Shown piece by piece: positions 51,080-61,260 of a DNA stretch of 64,000 bases. Position 1 is the stretch's first letter. Every line of letters begins with the position of its first letter. The translations under genes and the position numbers were made by a program. Origin of the DNA: Thalia democratica (lineage: Eukaryota); contig OZ241832.1 of assembly GCA_965202585.1 (NCBI GenBank), positions 65,100,001 to 65,164,000 on the forward strand, in the 5' to 3' direction. The notes under the pieces were generated by a model. It ran no database searches and was not told the DNA's origin. It saw nothing but the letters and a program-made list of their open reading frames with translations.

Positions 51080-51170
51080 TGTTTGTTTGTACCTCAATAA
51101 CCTGTACCCCACAGTTTATGCCGTCAAGTTGTGGATTATGCTTTATGCCTACTACCTTAAACTTCTTAAA
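51080..51170 (-). pseudogene. Possible second Ulp1/C48 protease catalytic-Cys fragment
   Basis: KHNPQLDGINCGVQV resembles Q.DG.NCGV. Confidence 0.4.
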
Positions 51171-51794
51171 ATTTTTGCTTGCTTGACATTCTTAATCTAG
51201 TACTCTGTTGTCTGAATATTAAAATTTAAAAAAATGCTAAACAATAAATTCATTATTTTAAAAATATGAAAAAAGAGTCACAGTTATTAGGTCAGATTGT
51301 CAGTATATGTCACATCTGCTGGTATAAAGGACAATGCACTTAGTTGCCTTATCCAGCAAAACTTAAGCTCAATTAGGTATTTGATCTAGGAATGTGCGTT
51401 CAGTATATACCTGTAGGACTTTTTATGGGCAGAATTAATTGCAGCAGCTTGGAAAAAATATTTATTTTTGATTTTGATGACATCATATTTTTTATTTATC
51501 ATTATTCAAAATGTATGTGAATGAGTACTATTATAAGAAGGTTTTTGAACGTATTTATATACCATTTGCAACTTAAGTTGCAAATGGTATATAAATATGT
51601 GAATGAATTATTAATGAGATCTTTAAAATGTTTATTTCTAATTTGTTCACTAAATGCCTGGAATTGATGATATGAGAAAGAATGGTTATGCTTAATATTC
51701 TGTGCGCACGCTTTGGTTTAATATACATGAATTTTTCATCTTTATTTTTAATAATTTTCAAATTTTTTTGAAAATAAGTACATAAGCAGTTTAA

Positions 51795-52150
51795 AAATCA
51801 AGGATCATTGATGTGCCGGCTCAATGAAAAAGCTTTGCCTCCGAGAATAGTTGATGAAGAGCCATTATTTTATGTTGGTGTAAAAAGAGTAATCAGTACA
51901 CATGTCCCTCAACATTTTTCGTAAAAAAAAATCTTACTATATTGTCTTTAAGGTCCCCTTATAGCCTCTCAATTGTCTGTGTGTGAATCCACGGGTTTCT
52001 AAGACCCAGAAATCCGACTGCATGATTAACCGTTTGGTGGATGTAGATTAATGTTTTCCCATCCACCAAATTTGCTTCAACAATCGAAAATTAGTGTCGC
52101 CACATTTTCAAAGTTATACTTTTAAATTAAAACATTTGTTTTTTGATTTT
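51795..52150 (-). mobile_element. Merlin C-terminal fragment (paralog of 12130-12480)
   Basis: YIHQTVNHAVGFLGLRNPWIHTQTIERL*GDLK. Confidence 0.8.
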
Positions 52151-54619
52151 GATAATCAAACAATAACAATTAATGTTTATTTTTGAGAGCGAACAACGTA
52201 TTTAATAAAAAGTTTATTTTGAAATGTTCTTATATAATAAAAAATACGTACTACATGATCCTCATTTCAGTACGACTTTACAGACTTGGCTTCTTTGTTT
52301 GTTTTGTTTATACAAAAGGCAATCTCAACTTGTTCATCTGCTGGATTGTCTTCTTTAAAAGGATCAATACTATCATCAAACACTTGATGATTTCTCACGT
52401 AGAGAATTTTGTTATCACAAAGGTTTGATCGTGTTAAGAAAAGTAATAAATGACTAAAAATTATTACTAATAATCTATACTTCTTCGTGCTGCTTCTATA
52501 AGGCTTCCAATTTCCCAAACTTTTCTTCTTTTTGTGAAATCATTTCTAGCTTCTTCTCGATTCGGATGGCATAATTGGTGATTTTTAAGATAGGAAAAAG
52601 GGCTTCTACAGCTTGGTTGTAGAAGCTTCAGTTTTACATTTATATTGTAGGGCGCAATTATTTTGCTTCTAAAACTACTTGTACAGCTGTATGATATTTT
52701 AATTGTGTTGCGGTTAAATATTTTATTATATAAGTGGTTTTCATCAAAGCACTGAAATTATAAAATGATCTCCAAATATGACCTACATAGTTGAGTTTCC
52801 AAATTTATGAGAATGTTTTTTCAGTTGTTTGTAATTCAACAGAATCCCGAAAATGCATTTTGCTGGTTATTGTGCCTGAAAATCTGCAGTAAGCTAATAA
52901 TTTTGCTTCACCAAATACACCAACAATCTCATATTGTAAACCAAAACAAAATTAAAGTTCAGGCTTAGGTTCTGTTTTGTATTAATAAAGCTTCTTTTAG
53001 GCACAACCTATATGTTATTGTTCCTGGTTTAGATTTTTTTCTTTGTATTATTTTCAAACTCAGTAGTTCTTGTTTTTATTTTTTGATTTGTGTATTAATT
53101 TTGAAAGCGGTTGCTTGTTTGTACTGTAGGTAATTACTTTAACATGATTAAGTATCTGTTACTGATCTTTCTTATAATTTCAACAGTACTCCCAGAGCAT
53201 CAAAACTTTATAAAATTTCTGATTTCATAAAAACAATCAAAATTTTTCACTGACTCACTTTTCTGACAAACTATGTTTAAGGAAGAATATTTTCAACAAG
53301 CTTTATTTTTTTCAATTGATGCTGAAAAAACACATTTTTACATTTCTTTACAAACTCACACTGTACAAACTCTACTATAAATTATCCAAGTATTTTGTTA
53401 AGAATACAGTTGGTGTTGCATATTAGTAATTTTATCACCAAGATGGTTTAATTTTGTTAGTTTAACATCAAATCATACATCTAACTTACTTCAATCATCT
53501 TCATCATTTCCCATAATAATAACATAGCAAAAAGTTAATAACACTTTTTCTTGCTGTTGCATATTTTGAAACGTTTGTTTACAAGCTGTCTAGTAATTTT
53601 ACCAAGATCATTATTTGTGAAAGTTTTTCTAAATTTTTTTTTCAACGTGTAAGGCTCTTGATTTTTCACCATTTATTTATTAAGATTAAAAATCTTGTTT
53701 TTGTTTATATTAACAGTGATCATTTTTGAAATACATGGCTTTAAAGTAGTATACTATTAATAATTTTAACTAAGTACTTTGAGTTACTAGGGTGATATCA
53801 AACTTTGTGGTAATACTTCATTCTTTCAAATGATAAGTCAGGAATAGAAAGCGGTTTGCTAGTTGAAAAGCGGTTATCAGTTTGAGGAAAAAGAGGCATT
53901 GACGACTATGCATTAACACATGGCATCAGGCATGAAGAAGCCACTGCCATGTCAAAATTTTTAGATGTTTTTGTCCAAATTTATCATATCATACTATTGT
54001 TTGGCATGTGAACACTATTTGAAGTCTTTGTGTAAATAGACATCAGACTTTTTAGCTCGTTGCGAGCAAATTCTTTTGAGTTTATTTTTTGATTGGGATT
54101 TAAGTTCCTCACAGCTTTATCTAGGCCACGGTACTTTGTAGTATATAGACAATTAAGGCTTTTTGCTTGGATGTAAGAATATATCCAAATTTCTTCATTA
54201 AGTTTTTAAGCATGATTATAATGCTTTGAACTTTTATTCAATATATTTACTTCCAAAGGTTATAAAGTGGTGACTTTTGCTATACTGACATTAAAAGTTG
54301 ATGCATCCACAAGTAATCCACGGAATTCAAAACTTTTCAATGTCTATAAACTGAATTTCTACAATCTTCATAATCAATCCAAATTTTTTAAAGTGTATGT
54401 TCCTGTGATAGTCTTGATTTTAGCATTTGCGCTTTCTGCTGAAATATTGGTGAGTGGTTTTTTATTTGGGAGTTTGAAATTAAATAGTTTGAAATAAGAA
54501 GGAGTTAATGAAATATTATGAGATGCAACACTGTTCATCCTGGTAACATAGTCCACTGACATGATCCGTAGTAGGTTTTATTTTGGTCCACTTTGAAATA
54601 GCAACTAGTAACTTTTAAA

Positions 54620-54900
54620 ATGTTTGTCTTGGAAGTTCACTACTTTAATATTATTGGAAGGAAAATTGAGGCAACAAAGCTAAAAAAATTCAACTTTACA
54701 ACTATTATCACGTCATTATGTCATTACTTATAGTTATAAAGTTATTTTCCTGGTGGCTGTTTATAACCAGGCAGTTTTTACCAGTGTTGTACTATTTTTA
54801 TTACATTAGCCCAAATTGTAATATCAACAACCTGCTGTGATTCTAACCATCTTGTGTCAAAAAATAGTAAAGGAATTGTTCTTTGAACCAGTTTCATATA
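54620..54900 (-). mobile_element. hAT-like transposase fragment (copy B)
   Basis: Paralog of 19700-19980 with the TRWLESQQV motif. Confidence 0.55.
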
Positions 54901-55059
54901 CATTATATTTTCAAGTTTCACAACTTTTATTTTTATAAATTATCTTATTTTCAATTTCGCATTCAATTCAATACATTGTTGTAGACTTCATATCTGCTCA
55001 AGGTTTTTTTTTATGTAATTACTTGGGGTGGTTTCTCCTAACAACTCTTTTATTTTATT

Positions 55060-55700
55060 GAATATTTTGTTGTCTTCTTCAGCATCTTTTTAGATTTTGT
55101 TGTTAAAGTTGATATTAGAAAAATTACAGCTTGAAATTTTTCTGATATAAGTTTGATTACAATAATCTGCATAGTCACTCTTGTGATACAGTTCAGTTTC
55201 ATAAATAAATTTTCATATAGAGTTTAAGAATTGAATTGTCTTTTTATTTGTACTTTTTGTGAAAAATTAATGTTTGATTTTATTAGATTGTAAAATATGT
55301 TCTTGCTTATATGTAAATAGCATCTAAACTTTAAACTGTCAGGAAATATTTTGTATACTAAGTTTATTAGAGCTTGTTCTCCATCTTTCACAAATGATAG
55401 TTTAGACAAATCAAATTCAGGAAATAACTTTGTGTTTATATTTGTTTTAATGAAGTTGAAAAAATGATCGTAGTCCTCTTCTTAAGCATTTTTATGTAGA
55501 AAACATGGATCTTAAAACACAGGATTAGAATTATTATCTCCCAAGATAACTTTGTTGTTTTTAAAATTCTTAGGAAGTGTGCTCCTAAGTTAGTCCTGCC
55601 TACACTTCAACAGATCTAAGATCTTTTGAACGTGTTATCATGTTCAGAAACTGATCTTCTGTAACAAGGACAAAAGAAGAAACGTTAGTATGTACATTAT
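55060..55700 (-). mobile_element. MULE family 1 fragment (copy B)
   Basis: ORF 55224-55409: FVKDGEQALINLVYKIFPDSLKFRCYLHISKN. Confidence 0.85.
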
Positions 55701-56589
55701 TAAATGCCAGGTTATTAAATTTTACTATTTATTTACTATAACCAAAATTTTAAAACTTATTATTAACAAATGTGATATTTTCAATGTTTCGTTTATTGCA
55801 GTATTGTTCACATTGCATAAATAAAAACTTGAAATTAAAATGATATATATTTGTCGTTCATTTTGCTATATTTGTTGTATTGTGTGTTGCTATACGTTTT
55901 TTAAGCTGATTGACACTTAGTCCAATGTATATTTTTGATGAATTGTCTGTTTTTATTGTTGCCTGGTAAATAACATTTTTTGCCCTACATTCTCCTCCTT
56001 ACAGGGGGCATGTTTGTTTCTTTCTGCAGGTGTTCATTAACCAAAATAGGTATACATAGCTTGTTTTTCTAAAAGCTGTTCAAAAGTTTAGATAACTTTC
56101 CTTTTAACTTTGTTAAAACAGTTATGCAGGTAGTGTTTTTTCTCTAGATGCTCTTCTTTGAAATATTCTAGCTTTTGTAGTGTCAGACATCACAACTTTT
56201 TTGATAAGATTAACTGCTTTACTACCAAAAAAAAAAAACGATCTACAATTGTGATTACGCATTTTTTTCTATGTTATGATAAAAAAGTGTTCTTTTTAAA
56301 TCATACTTTTTACCAAAAATAAGTTAAAAGTCTTACTTACCAGTGTAACATATTTCAACAAAATCAACTGCTTTACTACAAAAAAGTACCCTGAAAAACT
56401 GCAGTAACCACGTTTTATTCTATCTTCAGCTTCTCTAAAAGTTAATTTTTTTACATTAAAATATGTGCTACATCTTTTGAACTAAGAGTTTTTTAAAGTA
56501 ATTTTAAAGAAATAACTTGTTTAAAGAAAATTGTTTTTGTTGTATTTTTTAAAAACCGTCTAAGTAGCCGTATTTTTTCATTATTGTTT

Positions 56590-57030
56590 CATATTCATCT
56601 TTTATCTTTAAAAAGTTTCTTCTTTACTAGATCGTTTGTTTAAGCGTTGATTAGTTATGTAAGGAATTTGCTTTATGATATTTTTAGGATGGCTTGATTG
56701 TTTGTTGACAAACATAATTTTTGCGTTTTGCTTTTTATAAGGTATAAAAGAGATATCATTCAAGTTGAGCTTCACATCTTGGAAGTCAGTTATCACTAGT
56801 GGCAATTCCACAATGACTCGTAACCCTATAGATTTGGAGAAGGCATGATTTTGTATTTTTGGCTTCTTAACTTTAAAGCCAGAAGAGTTATATAATACAG
56901 CTAGACTTTTGCCTCTTTACAATTCAACTCTAATTAAACCAAAGATATATTTTGTTCTATATTTAGCAAAATATGTTTTATTTATTTTTGTTCTATATTT
57001 GAGCAATCTTTTAAACTTATTCTGAAGAGA
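56590..57030 (-). mobile_element. Penelope-like family B RT fragment (copy B)
   Basis: ORF 56608-56811 DFQDVKLNL..ISFIPYKKQNAKIMFVNKQSSHPKNIIKQIP. Paralog of 22130-22545. Confidence 0.85.
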
Positions 57031-57300
57031 CTTGATTGTTTGATCATCTGTAAAGTGTTCAATAGAAGAGGTCCAAACTGAGTTCGAATTACTCCAACAT
57101 GATAAATGTATTTTTCTTACATATTGCAACACTGTTTTGATTTTGCAAATGTTTCTGAAATTTACCTAGCCTTGATCTTTTATAAAATATAGTGGGATTT
57201 TCTTTGCCTGGAAGCTTGATTGACCCTGAGGTATAAAAACCTATATACAACTACTTGTTTCATTTTATTTTCGATAGTTGTTTTTTGGCTGATCGAGTTT

Positions 57301-57836
57301 ATTTCACATCGTGAAGACATTCTCAGCAAACTTCCTTGAAAGAAATTTGATTTGGAAGCTGCTTTGCAAAAATACCCAGTCATGTACTGGGAAAACACCG
57401 ATCTTGTGCAAGAAGTGGAAAGATTCAACAAGTTAGTTGTTAAGTTATTTGTAAAACATTGTTTAATTAATTATTAAAAATAAGTTTTTTTATTTACTAG
57501 TTTAAATTATGTACAAAACTCCTTATTGTTTATTATTTGTTACCAGTCTTTGTTGTATGTATAAAATGTTTATAAAATATTGTATTAAATTAAATTGTCA
57601 CAACTTTTAATTATTATAATGAAAATTGTAATGTTTTTAGATAATCTTTAATTTTTTTAATGTTTTTGAATTGTTAACAGTTTGCTGAGAGTAATCCGAG
57701 TGACGCTAATAAACCTGAGGAAGGCGATCAGAAGTTTGGTCGTCATGAACAGCGAGTTGGAAGCCCTGGTTGGAAAGTCTCATAATAGGGAAAGTACCTG
57801 ATGTGTGGATGAAGCGCTACTAACTTGAAACCTATG
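57301..57836 (+). pseudogene. DNAH12-like: Axonemal dynein heavy chain C-terminal domain fragment: two exons (57301-57431, 57681-57836) and intron
   Basis: Exon 1: [38 protein letters not shown]. GT at 57432, AG at 57679-57680. Exon 2: LLRVIRVTLINLRKAIRSLVVMNSELEALVG(fs)SLIIGKVPDVWMKR..NLKP. The spliced RFN-N-LL frame matches DNAH12/7/3-type sequence from memory. Contains a stop and frameshifts. Confidence 0.85.
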
Positions 57837-58329
57837 TGTATTTATTTTAGTCGTATTAAATCTTTGAATATAAAACTAAGCACTTTGAATTGTTGTTTTA
57901 TTTTGCCCGAATAGGTATAAGGATCAGGTATATATATATATATATATTAAAATCTTAAATAGTATTAAATATATTATATAAGATTTTTAAAAGAGGTTAC
58001 TAATTGTCACTAAAAGTATGTAGAAAATTAAATCTAAAAATTGCACCAAGTATGTACAACAAATTGACCTTATAGAGTTGTTCAACATAAGTCTGCATCA
58101 TTTAAGAAACAATATATTTCAACAGGCATGGTTCGGCCGTTTTAAATATCATTTAAAAAAGTTAAGTTTTATCAGCAAGTCTACTGACTACAAATAAAAT
58201 CTTAAAGTTGTAAAAACCAGCGCTTCATACTACCAATTAGTTCAGTCTGAGTTTTTCTAGTTAGTCAAAATAAATGCACTATATATTTTCATTAACATTT
58301 AAAAAGTAGATCATTCAATTAAATTGTCT

Positions 58330-58577
58330 CAATACCTGAAACTACAGTTCCGTGTTACAGTTCTTGAAAGTGTCAAGTCAGATACAATTTTTAAATACAA
58401 ATTTTTCGTTATTGTAATAGGTTTTGCCCCTTTGCAGATATTTAAAAACATGTTTGCCCCCATTTTAGCCATCGCCTGTTTAAAAGTCAGTTACCATTTT
58501 TGGTCATACTGATTAACACCCCTAATGGTGAAAAATAATTTTAAAGGGGCAATACTGCCTATTTTTTGAATCCCTGC
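58330..58577 (-). mobile_element. Possible hAT-type non-autonomous element end
   Basis: The minus strand begins CAGGGATTC and has repeated GGGGCAA/TTGCCCC subterminal motifs. No second end found. Confidence 0.25.
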
Positions 58578-60109
58578 AGTATTAAATTAATATAGTAAAG
58601 GAAGTGTAGAAAATAAAGAAAAATTATTTAGAGATATATCTTAAAAAGCTTTAGATTAGTCTAAACACAACAAACTTAGTCTCAATTAATTACAAACTAT
58701 AATACCAAAAAAATTTTAATCTGTGTTTAGCGTATAAAGTTGTGTTTCAAGCTAATAATATAATCAAACCGAAGATTTTTATGGATATTAGTTGCCTGTT
58801 GTAAATTTACAGTTATTTAGGAACAAAGATATAAACTTAAGAAGCCTTTCCACTTATATTAGTATACGCATTGTTTTAATATTATATCTTAACATCCATG
58901 TATATTAGTATGATTTACGGCCTAATTAAAATCGATTACTTCAGAAAACTGTTGACTTGAGGCTTTTAAGATAAAATGAATGTCATTTAAAAGATTTGAA
59001 GGTTACAGAACAAGGTATTGCACATAAATTTACAGTTTAAAAATAATAAAAGTAGTGCTTTTTACTGGGTGATCATTAGTTTACTATTTTAAGGTTACAA
59101 TAGTTCAGTCTCAGAACTTAAAAAAAAACATAATATTTAACATAGCTAAATTGTGTACTGTTGTTTATAAAGACAATATAAATCTTTTTAGAATTTTTAA
59201 TTAAACGTTTGTTATACTCTGTTTATCTTTAAATATTTATCATGTTTGTAAGAAACTTATTATTTAAAATGTTTCAATGAAAATCGCTGAGCTTTTACTC
59301 AATTTATATTATACATGTTAAAAGCTTTTTTATCACAAGTAAAATAATTACTTACTACAGTGACATTTTAAACAAAAATTTGCTTTTCCAGACAATAATA
59401 GTAACTAATAATAATAAATAAAATAAACTCAAAACGAAAACTGTTTATACAATAATTCTTTTAATTATTAATATTAATAATAATAACTTTTGAACATAAT
59501 ATAGAGTAGATCAAAAATATTTCCATATTCCAACGCTTATCAAATGCAAGCACATACATTAATTAAATGTACACAGAATTATGTTTGGAAAACTGAATAA
59601 CATTAATGTATATCTTAAAAGTTATTTTAAGTATTTTTAGCCAAAACAGTCTATTATGTGTCATAAATAAAATTTAATACCTTAAAACTCTTACTTTAAC
59701 GTTGAACAACGAACTCTATATAACTATTACAGTGTTATTTAAAAAAGAAATATTTAGAAGTTAGTGACTTTAGCTCTTTATTTATGACAATTTTGTTAAA
59801 GAAGCCAACCAAATACAACACTTTACTAGACATAGTGACATTTCAATTTATATATCTTTTCAATTGATCTTGCTTATAACTTATTTTTTCTTGTTTAAAA
59901 TCTATGCAAAGTTTTATTAACTTTAGGGTAAAATACTTTTTCTCAAATAAGTCATTTAAAAACGACTTATCTTGAAAATATGATCACAGACAGTACAACT
60001 TTTTGATTAATTAAACATTAAAACGATTCAAATAACTTTGTAGAAATTAGAAACTATAAAGTATAACAAAAACTTGCTGCTTAGGTAAAAATTCTTAAAA
60101 TATAACTTA

Positions 60110-60340
60110 ATTAAAAAATTTTTGTTTCTTTATTTTTACTAAAACGAAACAAACTATGTTCAATAATAATTAATTAACTATACATTGTATTTATGAACAT
60201 CCTTAAGTGACGTAACAGACAAATACTAATGTTTATTATTTATATATATACAAAGATGAAACAAATATGTAAAGTAAAAAAACTTAGTTCCCTTAAAGAA
60301 TTCTCTTGAGCACTGAAAAAGTTTTTTTAGAAACAGAACA
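60110..60340 (+). promoter_or_regulatory. TGACGTAA element copy
   Basis: aagtgacgtaacagacaaa, core at 60208-60215. Confidence 0.35.
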
Positions 60341-61059
60341 ATTTATCTTTATAACTATTTTAGTTTATTTATTAGTTACTATATAAAATTCTTAAACGTA
60401 AATTGAAAAAACTAAATGTATAAATAAATAAAATAATAATAATGATATCCACATACCTATTGATTTGAAATATTTTTTTAATGTTATATATTTAGATTGA
60501 TGAAGACTAAATCTACCTTCAGTAAAAATAAACATTACATTTTTAAACAACGTCTACTTCTATTGTTTTACTTTCTATTTAAGTTTAATTAAATTAAATT
60601 TTAGAAAATAAAATTGTTTACATTTTTCAAATTTATTTTTGAAATCAGTAATTGTATCCAACAAACTAGAAGTGTAACTAAATAATTTTTTCTTTATTAA
60701 ACTATTTTACGGTAATTTATTACTAGAACAGTTTTATTAAGGTTGTAAAAGAAAAATTGCTAGTATTTGCACAAAGTAAAAAAAAATCCTTTAACTTGTT
60801 CACTTGTTTAATAAAAACAACGTTAATGTTTCAATTGAAGTGAAATTAAATTTTCAGAAGAATATATGATCACGAACCATCACTTACAAACGCAACGATA
60901 AATACTTGGTTGATATTACTAAAGATTGAGTAATTTTATTTCCACTTTAACTTACATAGAAAATAATATATTTCTACTACTGATTATAAGAATATTTAAA
61001 CAAATTAAAAGTTTAAACATTTATATAAGGAATTTGCATTAGATTATTTTTTAAACTAT

Positions 61060-61260
61060 TTTTGAACTATTTCAAAATACACATTATGGCAAATAAATTA
61101 AGTATTACATTCATTGTATTTTTGAACATCCTTTAGTGACGTAATAAACAAACGGTAATGTTTATTGTTTGTATATATATATTAAAATAATATAGTTGTT
61201 GAATCAAGGTGCTCTTGTAGCTTCCTTTGAAGAATTTGCTTGAGCACTAAAAAAACCTTG
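61060..61260 (+). promoter_or_regulatory. TGACGTAA element copy (counterpart of 24530-24715)
   Basis: ctttagtgacgtaataaacaaacg, core at 61137-61144, followed by (TA)n and caaggtgctcttgta. Confidence 0.35.

Noticed and set aside
7040-57030. A single giant Penelope/Terminon-like retroelement carrying co-oriented ORFs
   Set aside because: No pseudo-LTRs, hammerheads or intact RT. Most cargo is DNA-transposon sequence, and some of it retains introns.
5395-57030. Any intact autonomous transposon
   Set aside because: All transposase, RT and endonuclease pieces are truncated with stops or frameshifts. No paired TIRs or TSDs bracket them.
2360-58512. Plus-strand ORFs rich in Leu/Ile/Phe (e.g. 2360, 8377, 10878, 13278, 33356, 47407, 49783, 52183, 54267)
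   Set aside because: They are shadow frames opposite A-rich minus-strand coding remnants. Paralogous copies do not preserve their length or frame.
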